A DNA stretch of 64,000 nucleotides from Methanosphaera stadtmanae (GCA_015062815.1 SUTP01000001.1:34062-98061); one strand, 5' to 3'. Numbered from the stretch's first letter, positions 31,734 through 43,279 are shown. Notes: generated by a model not told the origin, from the letters alone. Numbers and translations are program-made.

Positions 31734-32023
31734 ATCAATACCTCTTAATTTATATGTAATAAAAACATATTTGATGTTAATATATTTATCTTTGTTAATT
31801 TATAAATGTATTGCTATTATTGATTATAGCATTAATATTACATATTGCTTGGTTAATAACTAGTATAATTTTTTATTATAATCGCAATATATTAGAAACT
31901 ATTATTTAAAAAAATAATTTTTAAACTGCTTCATATATATTTAATTATATTTTTTTACTAAGTATAGTCACTGGTTTAATTATATTAATTTGTTTAAAAA
32001 AAATAAAATAAGAAAAAGTGTTA

Positions 32024-32866
32024 CTATAAAATATTTAAACCCATATCTAATGATCTGGCACTATTTGTTATGAAACCACTTGAGATAACATCCACATCTA
32101 ACTTGGCATAATCAACTATATTGATTGGAGTTATTCCACCACTAACTTCTAAAATAATTTCATCACGTAATTTACGTTCTTTAAGTGCATCAATCACTTC
32201 AGTTATTTCTGATGGTGTCATATTATCTAACATAACAATATCTGCACCAAACATACTTGCTCGGATAGCATCATCCAAATTTTCAACTTCAATTTCAATT
32301 TTTTTAGTAAAACTAACATTAGCTTTAGCTAATTCAAGGGACTCTATTATTCCACCAACTATTTGGATATGGTTATCTTTAATCAATACACAATCATCTA
32401 ATTTAAATCTATGTGTATCACCACCACCAAGTTCAACTGCTCTTTTTTCAAGTTTTTGTAATCCGGGGGTTGTTTTACGTGTACAAGCAACACGAACGTT
32501 TGGATTAATTTCTGCAACTTTTTGACAAGTATTATATACTATTGTTGCTATTCCACTTAAATGCATTAAATAATTTAGGATGCTACGTTCTACAGACAAT
32601 ATATCTTGGGCTTTACCTTCTATTTCTAAAATACAGTCTCCTTTATGTATTTCTTCTCCATCCAAATAACTAGAAATAATATTTAATTCAAAATAATCTA
32701 ATATATAATAAGCAACATCCATACCTGCTAAAATACCATCCTCTTTTGCAATAATTTCTGCCTGAGCCCATTTATCAGAACTTACTAGACTATTAGTTGT
32801 GATATCTTCAAAACCAATATCATCATATATGTTTTCAATTATGCGGTTATCACTAAATATAGTCAT
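32024..32866 (-). CDS. nadC: nicotinate-nucleotide pyrophosphorylase (carboxylating)
   Basis: DITT, ER..LN, TRKTTPG, HRF.L.D..LIKDNH, EIEVE, MLDN, SGGI. Confidence 0.96.
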   Translation of the reverse strand: MTIFSDNRIIENIYDDIGFEDITTNSLVSSDKWAQAEIIAKEDGILAGMDVAYYILDYFELNIISSYLDGEEIHKGDCILEIEGKAQDILSVERSILNYLMHLSGIATIVYNTCQKVAEINPNVRVACTRKTTPGLQKLEKRAVELGGGDTHRFKLDDCVLIKDNHIQIVGGIIESLELAKANVSFTKKIEIEVENLDDAIRASMFGADIVMLDNMTPSEITEVIDALKERKLRDEIILEVSGGITPINIVDYAKLDVDVISSGFITNSARSLDMGLNIL

Positions 32867-33002
32867 AAATAATTACCTTCCTAAAAAAAAATATTAATAT
32901 ATCTTTTTATCATTTATTAATTAATCATTTATTTTATTAAAAATATATTTCTTTAGTGAAAATTATACATAATAGTAAGAAATTACATGGGGTATTCATA
33001 TT

Positions 33003-33935
33003 ATAGAATTAACATTTTTAGGTACAGCTTCAGCTATTCCTACAAAAACTAGAAATCATACTTCTATTGTTATTAAAGTGTCTAATAGGATGATATTATT
33101 TGATTGTGGTGAAGCAACACAAAAACAAATAATGGAAGCTGAAATTAGTCCAATGAAAATAGATGATATATACATAACTCATTTACATGGAGATCATATC
33201 TTAGGTTTACCTGGAATAATTCAATCATTAGCTTTTAGAGGAAGAACCAGGCCATTAAATATTTATGGCCCTGTAGGTATTGAAGAAACTATCAATCATA
33301 TTATTAATTTAGGATATTCTACCATAGGTTATGATATTGTGGTTCATTCAATAGAGGAAGATGAAGAATTAATCTATGAACAATCAGATTTTAAAATCAA
33401 TGCTAAATTGATGAATCATACAGTACCTAATTATGCTTATAAAATTGAAGAAATAAGACAACCAAAATTCATAAAAAGTAAAGCTTTAGAATTAGGTGTG
33501 CCTGAAGGTCCTTTATTCGGTAATTTACAGAGAGGTCAGGAAGTTGAAGTAAATGGTAAAATAATTAAGCCAGAACAAGTATTAGGACCACCTCGTGAAG
33601 GGGTTAAATTAATTTTTAGTGGGGACACACAACCTAATGAACACATGATTGGGTTTGCTAAAAATTGTGATGTTCTTATTCATGAAGCTACATTTAGTGA
33701 AGAATTAAGAGATAAAGCAATTGAAAACGGGCATTCAACTGCAAAAGATGCTGCAAAAATAGCTAAAGAAGCATGTGTTGAAAAATTAATATTGACTCAT
33801 TTATCTAATAGGTATACAAATTCTGATGTATTGGTTAATGAGGCAAAAGAACTATTTGAAAACACGGTTTATGCTAAAGATTTTATGCAAGTAATTATAG
33901 AAAATAAAAAACCAGTTAAAATAACTAAAAACTAA
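33003..33935 (+). CDS. rnz: ribonuclease Z; ATA (or ATT 33000) start
   Basis: The conserved N-terminus ELTFLGTASAIPT..RN lies upstream of the ORF-track start; FDCGE, THLHGDH, GVPEGP exosite, HEAT, THLS.RY; in-frame TAA at 32976. Confidence 0.94.
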   Translation: MELTFLGTASAIPTKTRNHTSIVIKVSNRMILFDCGEATQKQIMEAEISPMKIDDIYITHLHGDHILGLPGIIQSLAFRGRTRPLNIYGPVGIEETINHIINLGYSTIGYDIVVHSIEEDEELIYEQSDFKINAKLMNHTVPNYAYKIEEIRQPKFIKSKALELGVPEGPLFGNLQRGQEVEVNGKIIKPEQVLGPPREGVKLIFSGDTQPNEHMIGFAKNCDVLIHEATFSEELRDKAIENGHSTAKDAAKIAKEACVEKLILTHLSNRYTNSDVLVNEAKELFENTVYAKDFMQVIIENKKPVKITKN

Positions 33936-33994
33936 TATTTATTATTTATTTAAATTAAATATCAATTTATAAAAACATTATAACAGGTGAAAGT

Positions 33995-34843
33995 ATGGGT
34001 TTTTTTAGTAAAGATGAAATTAATCCAAAATTAATACCATTGATTCAAAAACATGAAGCTGTTGGAATAGTTAAAGTAAATGACATAGGAAAATATTCTG
34101 TTAGACTTGAATCTGATAAATTAATTTTAGAAAATTATGAACCTAATCAACAGTTAAAACCAATAGCACTTAGAGATATATCTTATTTAGAATATTATAA
34201 AGGTAATTTTATTAATGAACCTAAATTAACTATAGAGGCTAATAGAAGAACATATGTATTTGCAGGGGTGGATGATAATGATAATGAATTAAAAGCATTT
34301 TATCAAACTATTTTAGAAATTAAACAAAATGAACAAAACGAAAGACGAATGAGATCTTCTGGAGGTATGCCACATCCAAATTTAAATATAACTAATCCTA
34401 ATAAACAGGCACCTAGAAAAGATTTTTCTCAAAATAAATATCTTAATGATGAATATATAGAAAATAATCAATTGAATGGTTCTAATAATATTAATTCTGT
34501 TGATATTAGGGAATATAAAGAAGATTCATCTAAAAATGTTGATTTTGCTGATGAATATGTGGATAATCATGAGGTAAATGTTTCTGATAATGTTAAAGCT
34601 CATGATGTTCAGAAGTCTCTGAAAGTTTCATCTAAGGATGATGATTTTGAAGACACGTATGTTAATAATTCTCCTGTAGACAATTCACAAGATATGTCTA
34701 ACAGTACATATACTATGGAAGGTAATCCTGAATTTATACTGGATCCTGCAGATCAAATTAGGAAATTTTATGAACTCAAAGAGGATGGTATAATAACTCA
34801 AGAAGAATTTGATAAAAAGAAAAAACAATTATTGGATTTATAA
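33995..34843 (+). CDS. SHOCT-domain protein with PH-like N-terminus and low-complexity linker
   Basis: C-terminal DQIRK..ELKEDGIITQEEFDKKKKQLL; SD aggtga. Confidence 0.8.
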   Translation: MGFFSKDEINPKLIPLIQKHEAVGIVKVNDIGKYSVRLESDKLILENYEPNQQLKPIALRDISYLEYYKGNFINEPKLTIEANRRTYVFAGVDDNDNELKAFYQTILEIKQNEQNERRMRSSGGMPHPNLNITNPNKQAPRKDFSQNKYLNDEYIENNQLNGSNNINSVDIREYKEDSSKNVDFADEYVDNHEVNVSDNVKAHDVQKSLKVSSKDDDFEDTYVNNSPVDNSQDMSNSTYTMEGNPEFILDPADQIRKFYELKEDGIITQEEFDKKKKQLLDL

Positions 34844-34856
34844 TTTTTGGGATAAT

Positions 34857-35777
34857 ATGAAAAAAGTTAGAAATGTAATAAGCATGATATTAGGTTTTGT
34901 TTTTTTCTTAACTCTTATTGTTGTATTATTGACTAAATTTTTAATCAAATAAAAATATTTTGAATATATAGATTATTAAAAGATGGGATTTGTTATGTAT
35001 ACTTTTACAGCAAGTATATTAATTAATTGGACTATAGGCATATCATTAATGTGTATTTTTCATGAACTATTTTTTTCAGAATATTTTTATGAAAAAACGG
35101 GTTTGAAAACATATTATTATAAACGAGATAGTGTTCATTACGTTACTAATTATGTCGATACGAATCCCATATTATTTAGACAAAATTCATCTAATGAAAA
35201 ATTACTCACAGATAGTTCATGGTTATTATTGGTTGGCTATATTTTACCGATATTATTTATAATTATGTTATTACCAGTATTATTAATGCATAATGTGCCT
35301 AAAATAATTATATTTCCTTTATTCCTATGGCTTTATAATTCTATAATAATTACAATAAGAAAACGATTAAATGATTATGATGAATTATCAGAACTAAAAT
35401 CACCATATAGGCATAGATTTATTCCAACTTCATTGTTAATATCTATTATTTTAAATATTGTTATCTTTATATTAGTATCCTGTTATATTGGTTTAACAAC
35501 AGTTCATTTAGAAATTGTACCTTTAATTTTAATAATATTTTATGTGCTGATAGATAATATTGTATTATTTATGGATAAATTTATAAAAGATTCTTCAAAT
35601 GATTTCAGAGAAGTTAATAATTATAAAAATCTGTTAAAAATATTGATGTTTATCATAATTATAACAGTTTTAATTTTATTATTGGTATTTTTAATAGGTT
35701 TTAATATTAATGAATCAGTATCCTACTATCAATCTGCTTTTGATAATTTCCTTGAATATCAAAAATCTAGAGGATAA
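34857..35777 (+). pseudogene. multi-pass membrane protein, apparently interrupted by two in-frame TAA (intact ORF 34983-35777)
   Basis: ATG 34857 is in frame with 34983: MKKVRNVISMILGFVFFLTLIVVLLTKFLIK*KYFEYIDY*KMGF... Confidence 0.5.
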
Positions 35778-35882
35778 TATCAAAACTTAATTTTTTTATA
35801 TAATATGTACACATAAAATTAACTATAATATAAGTATATTTTATACTAAAATTTATGAATCAGTAAATAGGTGAATGATATA

Positions 35883-36848
35883 ATGAATATTCCATGGGTA
35901 GAAAAATATAGACCACAAACACTTGATGATATAATCGGACAAGAACAGATAGTGGGAAGATTAAAAAGATATGTTGAAGAAAATTCAATGCCTAATATAA
36001 TGTTTACAGGTTCTGCAGGTGTTGGAAAAACAACTTCTGCATTAGCTTTATCAAAAAGTTTACTAGGTGAATACTGGCAACAAAACTTTTTAGAATTAAA
36101 TGCATCAGATGCAAGAGGAATTGATACGGTAAGGAATGAAATAAAAAGTTTTTGTAAACTTAAAGCTATTGGTGCTCCATTTAGAATAATATTTTTGGAT
36201 GAAGTTGATAACATGACTAAAGATGCTCAACAAGCTTTAAGACGTGAAATGGAAATGTATACAAAAACATCTTCATTTATTTTATCATGTAACTACTCTT
36301 CCAAAATTATTGATCCGATACAATCTAGATGTGCTATATTCAGATTCACTCCTATCAAAGCCATTGATATTATCAATAGGTTAAAATATATAGCTGAACA
36401 AGAAGGTTTAGAAGTAGAAGAATCTGCTTTAGAAAATATAGTATATTTCACGCAGGGGGATATGAGAAAATCCATTAATATATTACAAGCTTCCACAACA
36501 ACTGATAATAAAGTTACTGACGAAACAGTATATGATGTTATAAGTAGAGCAAAACCTAGGGATGTTCGTAAAATTATTAATAAAGCTTTGGATCGTGATT
36601 TTATGGGAGCTCGTGATTTATTAAGGGATGTAATGGTTCTTGATGGAGTAAGTGGTGATGATTTAATTACTCAAATATATCAAGAAGTTACTCAGATGAC
36701 AACTGAAGGTCTTATTCCTGAAGAAAGTTTCATAAAATTAATGGAATACATGAGTGAATGTGATTATAGGATTAGGGAAGGATCAAATCCAAGACTTCAG
36801 TTAGAAGCATTATTAAGTAAATTTTTAATTGTTAAACAGGATGCATAA
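35883..36848 (+). CDS. rfcS: replication factor C small subunit (no intein)
   Basis: [38 protein letters not shown]. Confidence 0.97.
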   Translation: MNIPWVEKYRPQTLDDIIGQEQIVGRLKRYVEENSMPNIMFTGSAGVGKTTSALALSKSLLGEYWQQNFLELNASDARGIDTVRNEIKSFCKLKAIGAPFRIIFLDEVDNMTKDAQQALRREMEMYTKTSSFILSCNYSSKIIDPIQSRCAIFRFTPIKAIDIINRLKYIAEQEGLEVEESALENIVYFTQGDMRKSINILQASTTTDNKVTDETVYDVISRAKPRDVRKIINKALDRDFMGARDLLRDVMVLDGVSGDDLITQIYQEVTQMTTEGLIPEESFIKLMEYMSECDYRIREGSNPRLQLEALLSKFLIVKQDA

Positions 36849-36850
36849 AA

Positions 36851-38359
36851 TTGAAATGGGTAGAAAAATACGCACCCAAATCTTTGGGTGAAGTACTGGG
36901 AAATGCTAAAATAAAAACATTAATAGAAGTATGGGCTAAAAATTGGGCAGAAGGCACCCCACAAAAACCTTTATTATTGATGGGACCACCAGGTGTAGGA
37001 AAAACTACCATAGCACATTTAATTGGAAAAGAATATTTTTCTGAAACAATAGAATTAAATGCTAGTGACAAAAGGTCTTATGATATTATAAAAAACACTG
37101 TAGGTGAATCTTCTCAGACAAGAAGTCTTTTTCATGATGGTTATAAATTAATCATAATGGATGAAGTGGATGGAATAAGTGGAAGAGATGATTCTGGTGG
37201 AGTTAAAGCAATTAATGAAATTATAAAAAATGCCAAAAATCCATTAATAATGATGGCAAATGACCCATACAGTAAAAGAATAACTTCAATTAAAAATAAA
37301 TGTCAACAAATAAAATTCACAAAAATACACTCAAATTCTATAAATGCACAACTTAAAAGAATATGTTCACAAGAAAATATAGAATACGATCCAGAAACAA
37401 TCAAAGAATTAAGTAAACAATCAAATGGTGACTTAAGATCTGCCATCACAAGTCTTGAAGCTATTGTTGATAATTCTCGTAAAATAACTCCTGAAAGTTT
37501 AGGTGTTATTGCTCAAAAAGATGGTGAAAAGAATGTATTTGATTCTGTAAGAACAATTCTTAAAAGTAAAACACCAGAACATGTAGTTGATGCAATGAGA
37601 GTTGAAGCACAACCACAATTTTTAATTGAATTAATTGCAGAAAATATACCACGTGAATATGAAAGAACAGATGAAATAGCTAAAGCGTATGAACAGATAG
37701 CTCTTGCAGATTTGAATTTAGGTAGAGCATTTAGAACACAGAATTACACTTATTGGAAGTATGCATTTTTATTTATGGGAAGGGGAGTAGCAAGCAGTAA
37801 AAAACAAACATATAAAAAATTTGCCAGATATACTAATTCAACTGTATATGCTAAATTATCTAAAAGTAGGAAAATAAGGAACCTAGAAGAAGCAGTAACA
37901 AATAAAATGAGTAAAAGGTTACATACTTCTCCAAAAGAATTAATAAATCAGTTACCTTACTACAAAGTTCTTTTTGAAGATAATGAAACTGCCTATGACT
38001 TGAAAGAATATTTTAAATTAACTGATGATGAAATAAAATTATTCAGGTCTAGAAAAATACCTGCTTCAATAGAGAAAAAACGATTAAAAGAACTAAAAAA
38101 ACAACAGGAAAAAGAAGAAAAAGAATTCCAAAAATTGAAAAAAGAACAAGAAAAAGAAAATAAATCAAAACAAGTTGATGTAACTACAGTTCAACAAGAA
38201 GTTGAAGAAAAAATTACTGAAGTAGAAGAAATTAAAGCTGATGAAAAAAGTTCTAAAGTTACTAAAGAAAAAGAATTGAAATCAGAGAAAAATACTACAA
38301 AATCATCTGAGAAAGATAAAAAACCAAAATCAAGACAAACAACATTGTTTGATTTTTAA
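36851..38359 (+). CDS. rfcL: replication factor C large subunit
   Basis: WVEKYAP, GPPGVGKTT, ELNASD.RS, DEVDG, C-terminal PIP box QTTLFDF; TTG start. Confidence 0.96.
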   Translation: MKWVEKYAPKSLGEVLGNAKIKTLIEVWAKNWAEGTPQKPLLLMGPPGVGKTTIAHLIGKEYFSETIELNASDKRSYDIIKNTVGESSQTRSLFHDGYKLIIMDEVDGISGRDDSGGVKAINEIIKNAKNPLIMMANDPYSKRITSIKNKCQQIKFTKIHSNSINAQLKRICSQENIEYDPETIKELSKQSNGDLRSAITSLEAIVDNSRKITPESLGVIAQKDGEKNVFDSVRTILKSKTPEHVVDAMRVEAQPQFLIELIAENIPREYERTDEIAKAYEQIALADLNLGRAFRTQNYTYWKYAFLFMGRGVASSKKQTYKKFARYTNSTVYAKLSKSRKIRNLEEAVTNKMSKRLHTSPKELINQLPYYKVLFEDNETAYDLKEYFKLTDDEIKLFRSRKIPASIEKKRLKELKKQQEKEEKEFQKLKKEQEKENKSKQVDVTTVQQEVEEKITEVEEIKADEKSSKVTKEKELKSEKNTTKSSEKDKKPKSRQTTLFDF

Positions 38360-38459
38360 ATCTTATTTTTTTTCAAAATTTTGATATTAGATTTATAAAT
38401 TTTATAATTTCCAATATTTTAGTAGATAAACATTTTATATGAAAAGAGTGATAATACCA

Positions 38460-39350
38460 ATGTTTTTTTATGCCGATAATATGATGAAATTTGCTTTCTC
38501 AAAAGAATTTGATGATGAGGATGATTTTGAAGCCGGTTTTGCTATTATGGGAATTCCATTTGATAGCACAACTAGTTATTTACCCGGTTCAAGATTTGGT
38601 CCTAAAGCAATTAGGGAAGCTTCTTATAATTTTGAAGCATATAATTTAAGATTCAATACTTTTTTAGATACAGTTAGTTATGATATTGGTGATATACAAG
38701 TTGCCAATGGTAATTATGAAGCTACTCATCCTATGATTACAGATACTATAAAGTCTGTTTTGGATATGAATCTAGTTCCCATAGTTATGGGTGGTGAACA
38801 CACAATAACTAATGGTGTTTTAAGTGCAATATTTGATTATGATGAACAATTATTTCATGATTTGACTATTGTTCATTTTGATGCACATTTGGATTTAAGA
38901 GATGAATATCTTGGAGAAAAATATTCTCATGCTAGTGTATTGAAGAGAATACATGAAATGAATCCGAAAGAAATTATTCAATTAGGGATACGTTCTGCTG
39001 AATATGATGAATTAGAATATGCTAAACATTCTGATAATATAACTTTTTATACTAGTTATGATATTCAGGATGATAAAAACAGTATTCTTAAAAAATTAAA
39101 TGAAATAGAATCTCCGATTTATATTACTGTTGATATTGATGTTTTAGATCCAGCATATGCTCCTAGTGTAGGAACTCCTGCATCTTGTGGAATAACTCCA
39201 AGGGATCTGGAAGATATGCTTTCCATAATTTCAAAAAAGAAAACTATAGGTTTAGATGTTGTTGAAGTATCTTCAAATATGATGGGTGATTCAACAAGCA
39301 TTAATGCAGCTAAAGTAATTTATGATTATCTCTGTTTACAGAGTTTTTAA
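38460..39350 (+). CDS. speB: agmatinase
   Basis: G.PFD.T..PG.RFGP, GGEHT, DAHLD, DIDVLDP..AP. Confidence 0.9.
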   Translation: MFFYADNMMKFAFSKEFDDEDDFEAGFAIMGIPFDSTTSYLPGSRFGPKAIREASYNFEAYNLRFNTFLDTVSYDIGDIQVANGNYEATHPMITDTIKSVLDMNLVPIVMGGEHTITNGVLSAIFDYDEQLFHDLTIVHFDAHLDLRDEYLGEKYSHASVLKRIHEMNPKEIIQLGIRSAEYDELEYAKHSDNITFYTSYDIQDDKNSILKKLNEIESPIYITVDIDVLDPAYAPSVGTPASCGITPRDLEDMLSIISKKKTIGLDVVEVSSNMMGDSTSINAAKVIYDYLCLQSF

Positions 39351-39407
39351 AAATTAAATAATTTAAAATGTAACATTATTAATAACAATTAATGAGGGTG
39401 AATTTGA

Positions 39408-40382
39408 ATGTTTCCAGTTACAAGAATGAGAAGAATGAGGACTGATGAAAGAATAAGAAATATGTTTCGTGAAACTAGTGTAGATATGGATGATTTTATT
39501 TATCCATTGTATATTAAAGAGTCTACAGTTGATGGAAATCCTGAAGAAATAAGTACAATGCCGGGTCAATTCCGTTATTCTGTCAATGATGCTGTTGATT
39601 TTGCAGGATTACTTGAAGATCAAGGTTTGACATCAGTACTATTATTTGGCATACCGAATCATAAAGATGCTGTGGGAAGTAGTGCTTATGATCCTAATGG
39701 TATTATTCAACAAACAATTAAAGGATTAAAAGAACAAACTGATTTGGTTGTAATTGGGGATGTCTGTATGTGTGAATATACAGATCATGGACATTGTGGT
39801 ATAATAAAAGATGAATATGTTCAAAATGATCCAACTCTTGATTACTTATCAAAAATAGCTGTTAGTTATGCTCAAGCAGGAGCAGATGTTGTTGCTCCAA
39901 GTGATATGATGGATGGTAGGGTACGAGCAATTAGAACGGCTTTAGATGAAAATGACTATGTGAATGTACCAATTTTCTCATATGCTGCAAAATATGCTTC
40001 AACATTTTATTCACCATTTAGAGAAGCAGCTGATTCAGCACCAAGTTTTGGTGACAGGAAATCTTATCAAATGGATCCAGCTAATTTCAATGAAGCAATT
40101 CGTGAAGTTGCTCTTGATATAGATGAGGGAATGGATGCTGTTATAGTTAAACCTGCAATGCCTTATTTAGATGTATTACGTGAAGTAAAACAAAAGTTTA
40201 AAATGCCTACTATAGCTTATCAAGTTAGTGGTGAATATTCTATGATAACAGCAGGTATTCAAAAGGGTTATATTACTGAAGATTTATTAAATGAATCTTT
40301 ATTGTCTATAAAAAGGGCAGGTGCTGATATGATTATCAGTTATTTTGTTCCTCAATTGTTAGATATGGATAAACCTTATTAA
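39408..40382 (+). CDS. hemB: porphobilinogen synthase
   Basis: DVCMCEYT.HGHCG, APSDMMDGR, PFREAA, VKPA, YQVSGEY. Confidence 0.97.
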   Translation: MFPVTRMRRMRTDERIRNMFRETSVDMDDFIYPLYIKESTVDGNPEEISTMPGQFRYSVNDAVDFAGLLEDQGLTSVLLFGIPNHKDAVGSSAYDPNGIIQQTIKGLKEQTDLVVIGDVCMCEYTDHGHCGIIKDEYVQNDPTLDYLSKIAVSYAQAGADVVAPSDMMDGRVRAIRTALDENDYVNVPIFSYAAKYASTFYSPFREAADSAPSFGDRKSYQMDPANFNEAIREVALDIDEGMDAVIVKPAMPYLDVLREVKQKFKMPTIAYQVSGEYSMITAGIQKGYITEDLLNESLLSIKRAGADMIISYFVPQLLDMDKPY

Positions 40383-40604
40383 ATCCATATTTTTTTGTTA
40401 TTTTTTCAGAAATTTTTTTATCATTAAATTCTTTTTTTTTCAATTATTTTTCTTTTGAATTATTGTCAAGGCTTCCTTCAAAATCAATCTTAAGAAAACT
40501 TAATAATTAACTTCAAACATATATTAAAATATTGATAAAGTATTAATGATATATCACATGATAATCTTTCATAATATTATCAATTTATTTAGGAGCACAA
40601 ACTA

Positions 40605-41534
40605 ATGAATTTGACTAGTTCCGAAATAGGTAAATTAGGTGAAATTGCCACGTTATATGAAGTAGCTGCTTATCCAAAGCCGGGGAATGTTCATAGAACT
40701 CATGATTTTGAAAACATGTCTTTTGAAGATTTTTTAGTAAGTAGTGTAGTTATAAAAGATAATTTACAACATGTTGCTGAAAAAACTTTTAAATGTTATC
40801 CTAATTTATTAAATGAAGTTAATTTAGGCGAAAATATATTAAATTGTGTTAAGGATACTAATAATCTGGTTAACACCAATACTAATTTGGGAATAAGTAT
40901 GTTATTAATTCCAATAGCATCTGCAGTAGCCACATTGGTAAATCATGATTCTATAAATTCTTTGGCGGATAATTTAGATATATTAATTAAAAATACTCAA
41001 GTTAATGATGCTATTGCATTAACAAATTCTATAAAAATATCTCATGCTGGTGGTATGCAGAATAAACCATCAAAATATGATATTAATGATAGTGATACTA
41101 TTGATGAAATTATAGAAAATAAAATAACTATGTATGACTTACTTAAAATTTCTGAGAAGTATGATAAAATATCTTATGATTTGGTTAATAAATTACCTGT
41201 AATAACTAAAATTGGTTATCCTGAGTATATTAATGTAATAAATGATTTTTCACGTAATGATGCCACTATTCAAACTTATTTGACAATTTTGGCTAATGTA
41301 CCTGATACATTAATCAGTAGAAAATATGGTGAAGAAATATCAAATAATATATCAAAAATGGCTAAAGAAATATTAGATAACACAGATATCGGAACAAAAA
41401 ATCGATTAGATGCTTTAAATAAATTTGATTCTTATTTACATAATAAAAAATATAATCCTGGTACAACTGCTGATTTCACAGCAGCATCCTTATTTGTTGG
41501 ATTATTAGATAAATATTTCAATACAGGTATATGA
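40605..41534 (+). CDS. citG: triphosphoribosyl-dephospho-CoA synthase (CitG family)
   Basis: PKPGNVHR, NTNLG, PDTLI.RK.G, NPGTTAD. Confidence 0.88.
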   Translation: MNLTSSEIGKLGEIATLYEVAAYPKPGNVHRTHDFENMSFEDFLVSSVVIKDNLQHVAEKTFKCYPNLLNEVNLGENILNCVKDTNNLVNTNTNLGISMLLIPIASAVATLVNHDSINSLADNLDILIKNTQVNDAIALTNSIKISHAGGMQNKPSKYDINDSDTIDEIIENKITMYDLLKISEKYDKISYDLVNKLPVITKIGYPEYINVINDFSRNDATIQTYLTILANVPDTLISRKYGEEISNNISKMAKEILDNTDIGTKNRLDALNKFDSYLHNKKYNPGTTADFTAASLFVGLLDKYFNTGI

Positions 41535-41562
41535 TTTAAAAAAAATATAAGGGGGAAAATTA

Positions 41563-43116
41563 TTGCTAGACAAAATGATTAATGAATTGCATCTTTATGA
41601 AAAAAAATTGCTTAATGGAATGAAAACAAATGATACAATTTCACCTGAAGAAATAGTTGAAAATGAAGGCATGGATATTAAAGCTGTAATGAGTGCTGCA
41701 GGAATGTTATCAAGTAAAGATATAATTTCAGTTGATAAAACAGCTACTGATAACATATCTTTATCTGAAGAAGGTAAAGATTTTGCAGAAAATGGTCTTC
41801 CAGAACAAAGAATTTTACAAGTATTACAAGATTCATCCAAACAAGGACAAGATACATTGCCTATGGATGAAATAATGGAAAAAGCAGGTTTAGAGCAACG
41901 ATTCTCCAATATTGCTATTGGATGGGTAATGCGTAATCGTTGGGCTACAATGGGTAAAGGTGTTATGACTATTACAGATAAAGGTAAAGAAGTAAATATT
42001 TCTGAATTACCTGAATCTAAATTCTTAAAATTTCTCAGGGAACATGAACATGTTACTAATAAAGAATTAGATGATAAGTTTAGTGGTGTAGTGAAAGAGT
42101 TTAACAAAAGAAAAAATTTAATAAATGTTAAAACTACTCAGGACTTTAAATTCCGTATAAATAAACGGGGTAAAGAAATATTAAATAAAGGATTAACTAT
42201 TCAGGATGAAGCAACACAATTAACTCATGAACAATTAAAAACAGGTTCATGGAAAAATTTACATTACAGAGGATATGACATTAACGCTTCAGCTCCTAAA
42301 AATTATCCGGGAAAAACACATCCGTTACAACAAACAATAGAAGAAATACGTGACATATTTATTGATATGGGATTTGATGAAGCTAAAGGAAATATTTTAG
42401 AATCGGCATTTTGGAATTTTGATATGCTTTTCCAACCTCAAGATCATGCTGCCCGTGAAATGCAAGATACTTTTTATGTAAGTAATCCTTCAGTAGCTAA
42501 TTTGCCTGATCAAAATTTAGTTGATAAAACTAGAGCTGAACATGAGCATGGTGGAAATACGGGTTCAGAAGGTTGGAACTATAAATGGAATGAAGATATA
42601 GCAAGACAGGTAGTTCTCAGAACACACACTACAGGATTATCTGTAAGATATTTATCTGAACATCAACCACCTCTTAAAATGTTCTCTGTCGGAAGAGTAT
42701 TTAGAAGAGAAACTATAAATTATAAACATTTACCAGAATTCCATCAGGTGGAAGGTATAGTTGCGGGAGAAGATATGAGTTTTAAAAATTTACTTGGAAT
42801 ACTCAAAGAATTCTATAGAAAACTTGGTTTTAAAGTTAGATTTAGACCAGCATATTTCCCATACACATATTTATCAATTGAATCTGAGATATATGTACCT
42901 GAAAAGAAAAGTTGGATGGAATTAGGTGGTTCTGGAATGTTTAGACCAGAAGTACTTGAACCATTAGGTATTGAAACTCAAGTTGCAGCATTTGGTCTGG
43001 GAATTGAAAGATTAGCAATGATGAGATATGGAATTGAAGATATTCGTATGTTATATCAAAGTGATATTGGTTGGTTAAGAAATTTACCAGTGACAAGAAA
43101 TATTAAATCTTTTTAG
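41563..43116 (+). CDS. pheS: phenylalanine--tRNA ligase alpha subunit
   Basis: G..HPL, FWNFD.LFQPQDH.AR, LRTHTT, RVFRRE, H..EFHQ, FPYT, GMFRPE, GLGIER. Confidence 0.97.
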   Translation: MLDKMINELHLYEKKLLNGMKTNDTISPEEIVENEGMDIKAVMSAAGMLSSKDIISVDKTATDNISLSEEGKDFAENGLPEQRILQVLQDSSKQGQDTLPMDEIMEKAGLEQRFSNIAIGWVMRNRWATMGKGVMTITDKGKEVNISELPESKFLKFLREHEHVTNKELDDKFSGVVKEFNKRKNLINVKTTQDFKFRINKRGKEILNKGLTIQDEATQLTHEQLKTGSWKNLHYRGYDINASAPKNYPGKTHPLQQTIEEIRDIFIDMGFDEAKGNILESAFWNFDMLFQPQDHAAREMQDTFYVSNPSVANLPDQNLVDKTRAEHEHGGNTGSEGWNYKWNEDIARQVVLRTHTTGLSVRYLSEHQPPLKMFSVGRVFRRETINYKHLPEFHQVEGIVAGEDMSFKNLLGILKEFYRKLGFKVRFRPAYFPYTYLSIESEIYVPEKKSWMELGGSGMFRPEVLEPLGIETQVAAFGLGIERLAMMRYGIEDIRMLYQSDIGWLRNLPVTRNIKSF

Positions 43117-43129
43117 ATGAGGTGAAATT

Positions 43130-43279
43130 ATGTCAATAAATCCTTTTGAGACTAAACTTGAAGCAATAACAAATACTATAAAAATTCTTGAAAAGCAGAA
43201 TAATGATGAAAATAAAGAAAAAATTGAAGAATTAAAAAAAGAAAGAACTAAATTATTAAAAGAATTGAAAGTTTACTAA
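43130..43279 (+). CDS. 49-aa helical-hairpin small protein (below ORF-track cutoff)
   Basis: SD gaggtga, ATG 43130, MSINPFETKLEAITNTIKILEKQNNDENKEKIEELKKERTKLLKELKVY*, then a T tract. Confidence 0.75.
   Translation: MSINPFETKLEAITNTIKILEKQNNDENKEKIEELKKERTKLLKELKVY

Noticed and set aside
34950..34979. Pyrrolysine or selenocysteine readthrough, or genome-wide stop recoding
   Set aside because: The interrupting codons are TAA, and TAA, TAG and TGA all end conserved genes at expected positions in this window.
35883..38359. Inteins in the RFC subunits
   Set aside because: Lengths are normal and the Walker A regions are uninterrupted.
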